Source of the DNA: Elusimicrobiales bacterium
GTDB taxonomy: Bacteria > Elusimicrobiota > Elusimicrobia > Elusimicrobiales > UBA9959
DNA length: 64,000 nucleotides
Direction: 5' to 3'
Assembly (NCBI GenBank): GCA_031082205.1
Contig: JAVHLJ010000010.1
Coordinates: 954-64,953, forward strand
This document shows, in pieces, positions 49,083 through 59,128 of the stretch (position 1 is its first letter; every line of letters starts with the position of its first letter). A model generated the notes under the pieces. That model was given only the letters and a program-made list of their open reading frames with translations, did not search any database and was not told the DNA's origin. A program made the translations under genes and the position numbers.

Positions 49083-50132
49083 TTATTCGAATTCGAGGCC
49101 GAAGCGGTCCAGTATCGGCGCGGTGTCCCGGGTCGGGGCCTCCGGGGCGGTAACCGCCGCCGGCGCCGCGGCGTGGCCGCTCTTTATGGTCAGCACCGCC
49201 AGGATGTCCTGGTTTATCTTGGTGACGCCTTCGCCGCCGCCGCCGTCCTGCGCGACGCGGTTGGACTCCACGCAGGGCTTCTCCTCGGTGCCGCCGGCGC
49301 GGAAGTCCTGGTCGCCGCGCACGAGTATGCCCTCGACCTTGTTGGTCTTGGCGTTGAAGACCGCCGAGCCGGAGTTGCCGCCGTAGGTGTCGAGGTTGGC
49401 GAGGAAGTAGGTCTTGCCGTCGCCGATGTCGCGCACGCTGGCGTCGTCGGCCACCTTGAGCGGGAGCCCGACGGGATGACCGATGACGAACAGGGCGTCG
49501 CCGTTCTTAAGGGTGCTCTCGGGGTTGACCGCCAGCGCCTTGCGGCCGGTCACTTTCCTGTCGAGACGGACTATCGCGAAGTCCTGGTCGCTTATCTTGC
49601 CCAGCAGCTGGTCGAGCATCGGGTTGCCGGTGGTCTCGCTGGACTCGAGCTTGCGGGTCTCCACCTTGGAGCAGCCGTAGACGTCGGAGGCGGGCACCTC
49701 GGCGGGAGCCTTTCCTCCCCGGGCCTTCACCGCGAAGCCGAAGATGAACTTGGTGGTGGAGCATTTTTCCTCGGTGATGCAGTGTCCGGCCGTCATGATC
49801 AGGTCCTCGCCGACCAGCGAGCCGGAGCAGAAGGCGCCGACGGGCTGTTCGCGGAAGGGCTCGGTCGCGCAGAGAGGCGCGCCGGCCTGTTCCTGTATCA
49901 TGTCGGTGAACTTGGCGGTCTTGAGCTTGAACTTGGAGCCGCTGGCCTCCACGTCCTCGGCCTTCCAGAGGGAGACCACCGAGTCGGCCAGGGCTTTCCT
50001 GGCGGCGGGGGCCTCGAAATAGTCGAGGCGGTTGTCTTCCCCGTAAATTATCTTGTTCTCCGCGAAAGCGCCGGCGGGCAGCAGCAGCGACGCGAGCAGC
50101 GCGGTAAGTCCTAAGTCCAGCATCCGTTTCAT
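49083..50132 (-). CDS. Secreted trypsin-like serine protease
   Basis: GGAGGT RBS, signal peptide, TAGHC / DFAIV / GGNSGS triad. Confidence 0.92.
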   Translation of the reverse strand: MKRMLDLGLTALLASLLLPAGAFAENKIIYGEDNRLDYFEAPAARKALADSVVSLWKAEDVEASGSKFKLKTAKFTDMIQEQAGAPLCATEPFREQPVGAFCSGSLVGEDLIMTAGHCITEEKCSTTKFIFGFAVKARGGKAPAEVPASDVYGCSKVETRKLESSETTGNPMLDQLLGKISDQDFAIVRLDRKVTGRKALAVNPESTLKNGDALFVIGHPVGLPLKVADDASVRDIGDGKTYFLANLDTYGGNSGSAVFNAKTNKVEGILVRGDQDFRAGGTEEKPCVESNRVAQDGGGGEGVTKINQDILAVLTIKSGHAAAPAAVTAPEAPTRDTAPILDRFGLEFE

Positions 50133-50256
50133 ATTACCTCCGGGAACGGTCGTTTCTCCACGCCATATCGTAGCGGAACGGTTGACGGATGTCAATCCCC
50201 CATGGTCCCGGGCGGGTTCTGGGCCTTTTGGCCCGGGGAAACGGCCCTCCGGCTGT

Positions 50257-51624
50257 TCAGCGGCGGATATGGGTGGTGACGAGGTCGTCTATCTTCTGTA
50301 TCAGGCGTATGGCGGCCGAGGCCAGGCTGCCGCCGCCGGGTTCGTAGCGGGCTTCCTTGAGGCTCTCCATCTCCTTGCCCAGCTCCACCTGTATGTCCTC
50401 CGACTTGCGGATGGAGAGGACCTGGGAAGGGAAGACGCTGAGATTTCCGCTCATGAGGAAGCTGACCACGCAGGCGACGGTGGCGTAAGGCGCTATGGCC
50501 GGGCCGAAAAGTTCCACGGCCAGTATGCTGGCGGCTATCGGGGTGTTGGCCGCGCCTGCGATGAGTGCGCACATGCCGATGGCCGCGAAAGTGGCCGGGT
50601 TGAGGCCCAGCGCCTGCGCGTAGGCGCTGCCCGCCGCGCTGCCTATGAAGAAGATCGGAGTGACGATGCCGCCGCTGCCGCCGAAGGCCAGCGTCACTGA
50701 GGTGAACATTCCCTTGACGATGAAGTCGTACCAGTTGGCCGGCGTCCCGGAAAGGAAGGACTCTATGGATTCCAGCCCCAGCCCCAGGTAGGCCCGGGAG
50801 GTGAGCAGGGCCAGCAGCGCCAGGATGACGCCGCCCAGCAGGCCCTTGGCCGGCTCCCAGCCGCCGATCTTCCTGGCCCGCTTCTCCGCGTATTTGAGCA
50901 TCTCGACCAGCATTATGGCGACCAGGCCGAAGAAGACGCCGGCCAGCATCACCTTGACCATGAAGGTCTCGGAGAAGACCGGCACGAAATTTATGGGATG
51001 GTAGAAATAGGCGGTGCCCATGGCGGAGGCCACCTGGTAGGCGGTTATGCCTGCGATGAACGACGGCAGGAGCACCTCGTACATTATCGCGCCGACGAAG
51101 AGCACCTCCACCCCGAATATCGCCCCGGCTATCGGCGTGCCGAAGACGGCGGCGAAGCCGGCGCTGATGCCGCAGATGACCAGCTTCCTGCGGTCACGGT
51201 CGTTGAACCGCAACAGGCCGCTTATGGCCGAGGTCAGGCCGGCGCCTATCTGCGCGCAGGGGCCCTCCTTCCCGGCGGAGCCGCCGCAGGCCAGTGTTAT
51301 TATGGTCGCCAGCAGCTTGACCGGCACCACCTTCAGCTCTATCCTGCCCGAGCGCTTGTGCACGGCCTCTATCACCTTCTCCGTTCCGTGGCCCCTGGCG
51401 TCGCGCGCGAAGTACCAGGTCAGCAGCGAGCTGGCGAACAGCGCCGCCGGCAGCAGCAGCCAGTAATACGGGAAACCGCCGGCCGCGCCCGTGGCGGCGT
51501 GCAGCAGCTTAAGGAACACGGCGGTGGCGGCCCCCACGACGGCGCCGGCGCCGCTGGCCAGCGCCACCCATTTGACCACGCTTATGAAAAGAAGGGTCGA
51601 TTCCGTGATGCGGGACTTCATCAT
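50257..51624 (-). CDS. CLC-family chloride (or fluoride) channel/transporter
   Basis: GGSAGKEGP, FGTPIAG and GGSGGIVTP. Confidence 0.9.
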   Translation of the reverse strand: MMKSRITESTLLFISVVKWVALASGAGAVVGAATAVFLKLLHAATGAAGGFPYYWLLLPAALFASSLLTWYFARDARGHGTEKVIEAVHKRSGRIELKVVPVKLLATIITLACGGSAGKEGPCAQIGAGLTSAISGLLRFNDRDRRKLVICGISAGFAAVFGTPIAGAIFGVEVLFVGAIMYEVLLPSFIAGITAYQVASAMGTAYFYHPINFVPVFSETFMVKVMLAGVFFGLVAIMLVEMLKYAEKRARKIGGWEPAKGLLGGVILALLALLTSRAYLGLGLESIESFLSGTPANWYDFIVKGMFTSVTLAFGGSGGIVTPIFFIGSAAGSAYAQALGLNPATFAAIGMCALIAGAANTPIAASILAVELFGPAIAPYATVACVVSFLMSGNLSVFPSQVLSIRKSEDIQVELGKEMESLKEARYEPGGGSLASAAIRLIQKIDDLVTTHIRR

Positions 51625-51716
51625 CTTCCTTTATCTTAATAAATACCCGCCGGTCCTTCCAAAAAACCCCTTTCCCTATGACGGCGCGGGCATAAAGTTG
51701 TAGAATCAACGTATAA

Positions 51717-52856
51717 ATGGCCGCCAACATAGAGTTCAAGGACATACTTAACAGGCTGGAGAGGCTTGAAGCCTCCCTGGCGGATTTTTCCAGGCTGGTG
51801 GACCTCGACGCCAAGAAGGAGCAGCTCCGGCAGAAGGAGGCCTTCTCCGCCGAGCCCGGCTTCTGGGACGATGCCGGCAAGGCGCAGTCCCATCTCAAGG
51901 GTCTCAACGACCTCAAGCACTGGGTGGACGGCGTCGGCGCCGTGGCCCGCGAGCTGGGCGACGCGCGCGCCCATTACGAACTGGCCAAAGAGATGGACGA
52001 CACCGGCGAGCTGCCGGCCATTATGGCCGCGCTGGAGACCGCCGAGAACCGGCTTGCCGACATGGATTTCGAGCTCAAGCTCTCCGGCCCCTACGACAAG
52101 AACGACGCCATCCTGAGCGTGCACGCCGGCGCCGGCGGCACCGAGGCCTGCGACTGGGCGCAGATGCTGCTGCGCATGTACACGCGCTGGGCGCAGGCGC
52201 GCGGCTACGATTTCAAGATCACCGACATGCTGCAGGGCGAGGAGGCCGGCGTGCGCAACGCCACCGCCTTCGTCAGCGGCAAGTACGCCTACGGCTTCCT
52301 CAAGAGCGAGATAGGCGTGCACCGGCTGGTGCGCATCTCGCCCTACGACGCCAACAAGCGCCGCCACACCTCCTTCGCCTCCATCGACGTTCTGGCCGAC
52401 ATCGAGGAGGAGGTGGAGATAAAGATCGAGGACAAGGACGTCAAGCTCGACACCTTCCGTTCCGGCGGCGCAGGCGGCCAGAACGTCAATAAGGTGGAGA
52501 CCGCCGTCCGCCTCACCCATATCCCGTCGGGCGTCGTCGTCGCCTGCCAGGTGGAGCGCAGCCAGCTCAAGAACCGCGAGCGCGCGATGAAGATGCTCAA
52601 GGCCCGCCTCTACGAGATAGAGATGGACAAGAAGCGCGCGGAGCAGGAGAAGCATTACGACGCCAAGGGCGACATCGGCTGGGGCCACCAGATCCGCTCC
52701 TACGTGTTCATGCCCTACCAGCTGGTCAAGGACATGCGCACCGGCTACGAGACCTCGCAGATAGACGCCGTCATGGACGGCGCGCTCGATCCCTTCATGC
52801 GCTCCTTCCTTTCCCTGAAAGCGGACGAGGCCAGGAAAGAAGCGGAAAAGAAATAG
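51717..52856 (+). CDS. prfB: Peptide chain release factor 2 (uninterrupted frame)
   Basis: [25 protein letters not shown] and WGHQIRSY. Confidence 0.96.
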   Translation: MAANIEFKDILNRLERLEASLADFSRLVDLDAKKEQLRQKEAFSAEPGFWDDAGKAQSHLKGLNDLKHWVDGVGAVARELGDARAHYELAKEMDDTGELPAIMAALETAENRLADMDFELKLSGPYDKNDAILSVHAGAGGTEACDWAQMLLRMYTRWAQARGYDFKITDMLQGEEAGVRNATAFVSGKYAYGFLKSEIGVHRLVRISPYDANKRRHTSFASIDVLADIEEEVEIKIEDKDVKLDTFRSGGAGGQNVNKVETAVRLTHIPSGVVVACQVERSQLKNRERAMKMLKARLYEIEMDKKRAEQEKHYDAKGDIGWGHQIRSYVFMPYQLVKDMRTGYETSQIDAVMDGALDPFMRSFLSLKADEARKEAEKK

Positions 52857-53662
52857 TGCTGATAGAGACCCACTGCCATCTTAACGACCGCGCTTTCGCG
52901 GAGGACCGCGGCGCGGTGATAGGCCGCGCGCTGGCCGCCGGCGTCGAGAAGTTCGTCGAGATAGCCTGCGCCGCCCCCGAATGGGAGCCGGCCCGCTCGC
53001 TCTGCGCCGCCTGGCCGGGAAAATTCGCCTGCGCCTACGGCCTGCACCCCGAATACGTCAAGGACTACCGGCCGGAGCAGCTGCCGGAGCTGGAGAAGTT
53101 CCTGGCCGACCCGACGGCCGCCGCGCTGGGCGAGATAGGCCTGGACTACTGGTGGGAGCCGGAGCGCGCCGGGGAGCAGAGCGCGCTGCTGGAAGCGCAG
53201 CTGCCGCTCTCCGTCAAGTACGGCAAGCCGGTGGTCTTCCACGCGCGCAACGGCAAGGAGCCGGGGCAGGACGCCTACGCCGCCCTTTTCGCCGCGCTGA
53301 AGGGCTGGGACTATTTTCCCATGGGCCGCCGCCACCGCGGCGTGCTGCACTGCTTCTCCGGCTCTTACGACGACGCCAGGGCCGCCGCGGACCTGGGGCT
53401 GCTGCTGGGCGTCAACGGCAGCTACACCTATCCCCGCAACTCGGACCTGCGCGAGACTGTGAAGCGGATGGGCATAGGTTCGGTGGTGCTCGAGACCGAC
53501 TGTCCCTACCTGCCGCCGCAGTCGGCGCGCGGCAAGCGCAACGATCCCTCCTTCATTCCCGAGATAGCCCTGGCCGTCGGCGACGGCCTGGGGATGAGCG
53601 CCGCCCTGGTGGCGGAAAAGACCAGCGGAACCGCGTCGGACCTTTTCGGCTTACAGGGGTAA
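52856..53662 (+). CDS. tatD: TatD family hydrolase
   Basis: ETHCHL, GEIGLDY, HCFSG and ETDCPYL. Confidence 0.94.
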   Translation: MLIETHCHLNDRAFAEDRGAVIGRALAAGVEKFVEIACAAPEWEPARSLCAAWPGKFACAYGLHPEYVKDYRPEQLPELEKFLADPTAAALGEIGLDYWWEPERAGEQSALLEAQLPLSVKYGKPVVFHARNGKEPGQDAYAALFAALKGWDYFPMGRRHRGVLHCFSGSYDDARAAADLGLLLGVNGSYTYPRNSDLRETVKRMGIGSVVLETDCPYLPPQSARGKRNDPSFIPEIALAVGDGLGMSAALVAEKTSGTASDLFGLQG

Positions 53663-53664
53663 AA

Positions 53665-56600
53665 ATGACCGGCTTCACATCGGCTATGAAAGACCGCGTC
53701 CTCGTCTTCGACGGGGCGATGGGCACTTACCTGCAGGGCTGCGGGCTTAAGCCGGAGGATTACGACGGTCACGAGGGGCTCAACGAGATACTTTCCGTTT
53801 CCCGCCCCGACATGATAAAGAAAGTCCACCTGGATTACCTCGAGGCGGGGGCCGACATAATAGAGACCAACACCTTCGGCGCCAACGCCGCCGTCCTGGC
53901 CGAGTACGGCCTGGAGGGGAGGGTCACCGAGTTGAATCTGGCCGCCGCGCGGCTGGCGCGCGAGGCCGCGGACAGGTTTTCCGCGGATAAGCCGCGCTTC
54001 GTCGCCGGCTCCGTCGGACCCACGAACAAAGCCATTTTTGTCACCGGCGGGATCTCCTTCGACGACATGCGTTCGCTTTACCTCGACCAGATGCTGGCGC
54101 TCATCGAGGGCGGCGCGGACCTCCTGACGATAGAGACCGCTCACGACGCGGTCAACCTCCGCGCGGCGCTGGCGGCCGCCCGGCTGGCTTTCAAAAAGAC
54201 GGGGCGCGAGCTCCCCGTGATCGCCTCCGCAACGATGGACGAAAAGGGCAAGATGCTCTCCGGCCACGACCCGGAGTCCTTCTACGCCGCCGTCGGCCAT
54301 TTCCCGCTGGCCGCCATCGGTTTCAATTGCTCCTCGGGGCCGGAGGGCATGCGCCCGCGGCTGGAGAGACTGGCCGCGCGCGCGCATTTCCCGACGCTGG
54401 TCATGCCCAACGCCGGCCTGCCCGACGAGAGCGGCCGCTACTCGCAGACCCCGGAGACTTTCGCCGCGCTGATGGGCGGCTTCGCCTCGGGCGGGCTGCT
54501 CAACCTGGCGGGCGGCTGCTGCGGCACCGGCCCGGCGCATATAAAGGCGCTGGCCGCCGCCGTGAAAAGCCTGAAGCCCCGCGCGCCGAAGGCGGAAGAG
54601 CCCTGGGTCATCTCCGGCACCGAGGCGCTTTTCTTCGACGAGATAGAGCCGCCGGCCATGGCCGGCGAGCGGAACAACTCCATCGGCTCCAAGAAGTTCC
54701 GCGACATGGTGGCCGCCGGCGACCGCGACGGCGCTCTGGCGCTGGCCCGCGCGCAGGCCGCCGCCGGGGCGCACCTGCTCGACGTCTGCCTGGCCAATCC
54801 CGAGCGGGACGAGCTCGCCGACGTGAAGGACCTTTTTCCCGCGCTGGCGCGCGCCGTGCGCCTGCCGCTGATGATAGACACCACCGACCCCGCCGTCATG
54901 GAGGAAGCCCTCAAGAACGCCGCCGGCAAGTCGGTCATCAATTCCGTCAATTTCGAGTTCGGGCCGGATAAGCCGCGCGCGGCGGCCGAACTGGTGAAGA
55001 CCTACGGCGCCAAGCTCGTGGTCGGCTGCATCGACGAGGACAAAGAGAAGGGCCTGCCGCTCGAGTCCGGCCGCAAGCTGGAGATAGCCCGGCGCGCCCA
55101 CGCTTTCCTGACCGGCGAATGCGGCCTGAAGCCCGCGGACCTGGTCTTCGACGCGCTGGTCTTCCCGGTCGGCGTCGGCGGCGAGCACGCCGCCAGCGCC
55201 CACGAGACCATAAAGGCCATAGAGGCGATAAAGAAAGAATTCCCCGGCGTGAAGACGATACTGGGCGTCAGCAACGTTTCTTTCGGCCTGCCGCCCGCTT
55301 CGCGCGAGGTCCTTAATTCCGTCTTCCTGCATCACGCCGTGAAGGCCGGGCTGGACCTGGCGATAGTGAACATCGAGAAACTGCGCCGCTACTCAGCCAT
55401 CCCGGAGAACGAGCGGGCCGCCGCCGAGGACCTGGTCTTCGCCCGCCGTCCCGACGCGGCGCAGGCCTTCGCCGCTCTTTACCGCGACGCGAAGAAGAAG
55501 GCCGCGGAGCCCGCGGCCGCCGCGGCGCTGCCGCCCGAAGAGAGGCTCAAGGCCGCCGTGCTGGGAGGGTCGCGCGCCGGCGTGCCCGAAGCCGTCGCCG
55601 GACTGCTCTCCTCGCTGGGACCGCTCGAGATCATCAACGGCCCGCTGATGGAGGCCATGAAGGAAGTGGGCCGCCAGTTCGCGGCCGGCGACCTGATAGT
55701 CACCGAGGTGCTGCAGAGCGCCGAGGCCGCCCGCGCCGCCGTCAACGCGCTGGAGCCCGCGCTGAAGGCCCATAAGGCCCCGAAGCGCGGCCGGCTTCTG
55801 CTGGCCACGGTCCGCGGCGACGTGCACGATATCGGCAAGAACCTGGTCGGCATAATCTTCGAGAGCAACGGTTTCGAGGTGGAGGACCTGGGCGTCAAGG
55901 TCCCGCCCGAAGAAATAGCGGCGGCCGCGGTGAAGAACCCGCCCGATTTCATCGGCCTCTCCGGCCTGCTGGTGCGCTCCTGCGAGCAGATGGCCGTCAC
56001 GGCGCGCGAGCTGGCCGCGGCCGGCGTGAAGGCCCCGCTGCTTGTGGGCGGCGCCGCCCTAACGCCCAAATTCACCGGGACGGTGATCGCTCCCGCCTAC
56101 GTCGGCCCCGTCTTCTACGCGGCCGACGCCATGGAGGGCCTCAATTACGCCCTGGAAAGGGCCGGTTCTCCCGCGAGTCCTTCCGCGGCGGCGGCCCCGG
56201 CCGCCGTTCCCGCCCCCGCGCCCGCCTCTTCGGGATTCCGCCCTTCGCCGCTTTATTACCCCGGGTATATCCCGGTCCCGCGCGACCTGGACCGCCATTT
56301 CGTGGACGACCAGCCCCTGGCGGAGCTTTTCGACAACCTCGACGAGGACCTCTTCAACCTGCGCTTCCTCAGGCTCAGGAAGGGAGAGGGGGAGAAGAAC
56401 GAGAAGGCGAAAGAACTTTTCGGGGTTCTGAAAGCGGAAATACTGCGCGGCGGCCTGATAAAACCCCGCGGCGTGTACCGCTTCTTCAGGGTCAACAGCC
56501 ACGGCGACGAGATCCGTTTCCGCGGCGGGGAAGCGACCGAAGTGTTCCGCTTTCCGCGGCAGCCTTCCGGGCGCCGCCTCTGCCTGGCCGACTACGTGGC

Positions 56601-57027
56601 GCCGGAGTCCGGCGGCAAGGACGATCACGCCGCGCTTTTCGCCGTGACCTGCGGCCTGGGCGTGACGGAAATGGCCCGCCGCGAGCGCGAGGCCGGCGAA
56701 TATGTCCGCTCCTACATGATAGAGGCCCTGGCGCTTACACTGGCCGAGGCCTTCGCCGACGTCATCCATTACCGGATAAGGAAGGACTGGGGCATAGCCG
56801 AGGCCGATCCCGTCGTGCCGCTGCTGCGCAGCAAATACCGGGGCAAGCGCTATTCCTTCGGCTACCCGGTCTGCCCGGCGCTGGAGAACCAGGAGCGGCT
56901 GTTCCGGCTGCTGCGCCCCGAGCCCGACGCCGGCATCGGGCTGACCGACGGCTTCATGATGGACCCCGAGGCCTCGGTCTCGGCCATAGTGCTGCATAAT
57001 CCCAAGGCGGAGTATTTCAATGTCTGA
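53665..57027 (+). CDS. metH: Cobalamin-dependent methionine synthase
   Basis: DGAMGT, GGCCGT, pterin domain GERNN, GDVHDIGKNLV and activation domain RYSFGYP. Confidence 0.96.
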   Translation: MTGFTSAMKDRVLVFDGAMGTYLQGCGLKPEDYDGHEGLNEILSVSRPDMIKKVHLDYLEAGADIIETNTFGANAAVLAEYGLEGRVTELNLAAARLAREAADRFSADKPRFVAGSVGPTNKAIFVTGGISFDDMRSLYLDQMLALIEGGADLLTIETAHDAVNLRAALAAARLAFKKTGRELPVIASATMDEKGKMLSGHDPESFYAAVGHFPLAAIGFNCSSGPEGMRPRLERLAARAHFPTLVMPNAGLPDESGRYSQTPETFAALMGGFASGGLLNLAGGCCGTGPAHIKALAAAVKSLKPRAPKAEEPWVISGTEALFFDEIEPPAMAGERNNSIGSKKFRDMVAAGDRDGALALARAQAAAGAHLLDVCLANPERDELADVKDLFPALARAVRLPLMIDTTDPAVMEEALKNAAGKSVINSVNFEFGPDKPRAAAELVKTYGAKLVVGCIDEDKEKGLPLESGRKLEIARRAHAFLTGECGLKPADLVFDALVFPVGVGGEHAASAHETIKAIEAIKKEFPGVKTILGVSNVSFGLPPASREVLNSVFLHHAVKAGLDLAIVNIEKLRRYSAIPENERAAAEDLVFARRPDAAQAFAALYRDAKKKAAEPAAAAALPPEERLKAAVLGGSRAGVPEAVAGLLSSLGPLEIINGPLMEAMKEVGRQFAAGDLIVTEVLQSAEAARAAVNALEPALKAHKAPKRGRLLLATVRGDVHDIGKNLVGIIFESNGFEVEDLGVKVPPEEIAAAAVKNPPDFIGLSGLLVRSCEQMAVTARELAAAGVKAPLLVGGAALTPKFTGTVIAPAYVGPVFYAADAMEGLNYALERAGSPASPSAAAAPAAVPAPAPASSGFRPSPLYYPGYIPVPRDLDRHFVDDQPLAELFDNLDEDLFNLRFLRLRKGEGEKNEKAKELFGVLKAEILRGGLIKPRGVYRFFRVNSHGDEIRFRGGEATEVFRFPRQPSGRRLCLADYVAPESGGKDDHAALFAVTCGLGVTEMARREREAGEYVRSYMIEALALTLAEAFADVIHYRIRKDWGIAEADPVVPLLRSKYRGKRYSFGYPVCPALENQERLFRLLRPEPDAGIGLTDGFMMDPEASVSAIVLHNPKAEYFNV

Positions 57028-57565
57028 ACCCGGGCGCTACTTCAAAGCCTCCATGGATTCCAGGCTGCGCAGCCTGACCTGGATATTTTCGGCCGTGGTC
57101 GTAGGCGCCTCGCTGGCGGCCGCCCTGCCGATGACCGCCATGAAAGCGAGTTGCCCGGACGCGTGCTCCGCGGCCGCGGTAAACTTCGGCGGCTGGGCCA
57201 TACTGACGCTGGCCGCCGCGCTGCTCTGGTCCTGCTGGGCGCTGGCCCCGAAAGGATTTATCGCGGAGCCGGGTAGGGTCACGGTCGACCGGCCGATCAT
57301 GCCGGTAAAGATAGTTCTGCGTCCCGGGACTATAGTCGAGGCCGCCGGCGCCGGGCTGTTCGACGGCTCGCTGCGCACCATGGGCAACGGCGGCCTTTTC
57401 GGCTACTACGGGAATTTCTGGAAGAAGGAGATCGGGAACTACCTGCTCTACGCCACCCGCTCCGACCGGCTGGTCCTCATCGACAACGGCAAAAAATATT
57501 TCCTGACCCCGGACGAGCCGGAGCTTTTCATAGAGGAGGTCAGGCGCCGTCTGCCCGGCGCCTGA
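57020..57565 (+). CDS. Membrane protein with a bacterial PH domain
   Basis: Two TM helices; LRTMGNGGLFGYYGNF...YAT motif. Confidence 0.8.
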   Translation: MSEPGRYFKASMDSRLRSLTWIFSAVVVGASLAAALPMTAMKASCPDACSAAAVNFGGWAILTLAAALLWSCWALAPKGFIAEPGRVTVDRPIMPVKIVLRPGTIVEAAGAGLFDGSLRTMGNGGLFGYYGNFWKKEIGNYLLYATRSDRLVLIDNGKKYFLTPDEPELFIEEVRRRLPGA

Positions 57566-57570
57566 GATCC

Positions 57571-57987
57571 ATGGTGAGGGTTTTTGAGAAAGAGATAAAG
57601 GTCGGCCCCGAGGCCATCGACGGGCTTAACCACGTGAACAACGTCGTCTACCTGGAGTGGTTCCTGGACATAGCCACCGCCCACGGCTCCTCGACGGGCT
57701 GGGACCTGCCGCGAATGCTGAAGATGGGCGAGGGCTGGGTGGTGCGAAAGCACGAGATCGAGTATCTCGCCCAGGTGCTGGAGGGAGAGGAGCTTACGCT
57801 GCGGACCTGGATAGAATCCGTGGACAGGGTGTCCGCCGTCCGCCGCTACGAACTGGTGCGCAGGTCCGACGGCCGGTCCTGCGCGCGCGGCTCCACGGTC
57901 TGGGTCTGGATAAACTATAAGACGGGCCGGCCCTGCCGCATCCCCGCCGACCTGGTCGAGAGCTACGGCTTCGCCGGCGGGGATTGA
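57571..57987 (+). CDS. Acyl-CoA thioesterase (4HBT hotdog fold)
   Basis: IDGLNHVNNVVYLEW and TGRPCRIP. Confidence 0.9.
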   Translation: MVRVFEKEIKVGPEAIDGLNHVNNVVYLEWFLDIATAHGSSTGWDLPRMLKMGEGWVVRKHEIEYLAQVLEGEELTLRTWIESVDRVSAVRRYELVRRSDGRSCARGSTVWVWINYKTGRPCRIPADLVESYGFAGGD

Positions 57988-58007
57988 CCGGTCAAGGACC
58001 CCTCCCC

Positions 58008-58035
58008 TTGACAAAACGGAAGCGTCTGCTATACT
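58008..58035 (+). promoter_or_regulatory. Near-consensus sigma70 promoter TTGACA-N16-TATACT (extended -10)
   Basis: TTGACA at 58008-58013; TGcTATACT at 58027-58035. Confidence 0.7.
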
Positions 58036-58040
58036 ATCCG

Positions 58041-58089
58041 TGAGCCCGCGGCCCCATATTAACGGGGATCCTCGCGGGCTCTTCCTTTT
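58041..58089 (+). ncRNA. Candidate ~50-nt small RNA (hairpin + U-rich tail)
   Basis: Directly after the promoter: GAGCCCGCG/CGCGGGCTC stem, inner CCCC/GGGG, then TTCCTTTT; no downstream + strand gene. Confidence 0.4.
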
Positions 58090-58103
58090 GGCGCCGCCCG
58101 GCG

Positions 58104-59066
58104 CTATTTCTTTATGTATTCCCGCCCCGACCTGTCTATGTAGAAAGACTTGCCGTCCCTGACCGCTTTGGCCAGGCCGCCCTCGAAGCCGGTCACCGAG
58201 TCGTAAAGCGGTTTTATGGCCTCTTTCCCCGCGGCGTCTATGAAGCCCCATTTCCCGGAACGCTCCCTGAGCACCGGCGCCAGCCCGCCGCTGAAAGAGG
58301 CGCACATGAAGAACCTGAAGATTATTTTCTCGTTTCCTTCCGCGTCGATATAGCCGCAGCGGTCCCCGGCGCCGCCGCGGTCCCTGGCGGGGGCCAGTCC
58401 TTCCGAGTAGGGGCCTATGTCGATGAAGTCCTTCTCCTTGAAGGAGAGGGAGTCGCGCAGAATGAAGCCGTATTTGCCGCGCAGCCGCGCGGAGGCGAAG
58501 CCGCCCGAGAAGGGAAAGGCGTCGTCGTATACGGCCGGCGCGGCCTCGCGGCATTGCGGGTCGACAAAGCCGTAAAGGCCGCCGCGGCGCACCCGGGCCA
58601 GGCCTTCGCTGAAAGGCTGTATCTCCTCGTAGGGGCAGGGCACGAATTTCATCTCCTTGTCCAGCAGGCCGGTCCCGCCGTCCTTTTTAGCGGGCGCAAG
58701 GCCGCCGGAGAAAAAGCCGGCCTCGTCCAGCGTGAACGGGTGCGCTTCGCTGCCGTCTTTCCTTATATATCCCCAGCGTCCGCGTGTCTTCACCGGGGCG
58801 AATCCGTCAGCGAAGGGGCCGGCGGACTGGTAGACGGGCTTTATCTTCTCCCTCCCCTTGTGGTCTATGAAGCCGTAGCGGCCGCGGTCCAGCACGAGGG
58901 CGAGCCCTTCGGAGAACGGGAAGGCGTTGTCGTAGCGGGCCTTTATCTTCACCTTGCCGCCGGGGGCGGCGTAGCCCCAGCGGGCCCCGTCCCGCCAGGG
59001 TATGAGCTCCTGGGCGGCCGCGGCGGCCGGCAGGAGCAGTGCGGACAGTAATATGGCTTTTTTCAT
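58104..59066 (-). CDS. Secreted WG-repeat protein
   Basis: Signal peptide; repeated FSEGLA.V...G.YGFID..G units. Confidence 0.92.
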   Translation of the reverse strand: MKKAILLSALLLPAAAAAQELIPWRDGARWGYAAPGGKVKIKARYDNAFPFSEGLALVLDRGRYGFIDHKGREKIKPVYQSAGPFADGFAPVKTRGRWGYIRKDGSEAHPFTLDEAGFFSGGLAPAKKDGGTGLLDKEMKFVPCPYEEIQPFSEGLARVRRGGLYGFVDPQCREAAPAVYDDAFPFSGGFASARLRGKYGFILRDSLSFKEKDFIDIGPYSEGLAPARDRGGAGDRCGYIDAEGNEKIIFRFFMCASFSGGLAPVLRERSGKWGFIDAAGKEAIKPLYDSVTGFEGGLAKAVRDGKSFYIDRSGREYIKK

Positions 59067-59128
59067 GTTCCCTCATTGAGATTTTAGCAAAGCCCGGAGG
59101 GTTTAAATAATATAATTCCAGTCATACC

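Noticed and set aside
51625-51716. Fluoride riboswitch upstream of the CLC gene
   Set aside because: No recognisable crcB-motif consensus; the region reads as divergent promoters.
52981-53664. 1348-aa MetH with a long N-terminal extension
   Set aside because: The extension is an off-frame shadow of tatD. The real start is 53665, and the 2-nt gap leaves no room for a cobalamin riboswitch.
58104-59066. Internal repeats as a possible diversity-generating target
   Set aside because: These are ordinary WG protein repeats, with no reverse transcriptase or template/variable repeat pair.
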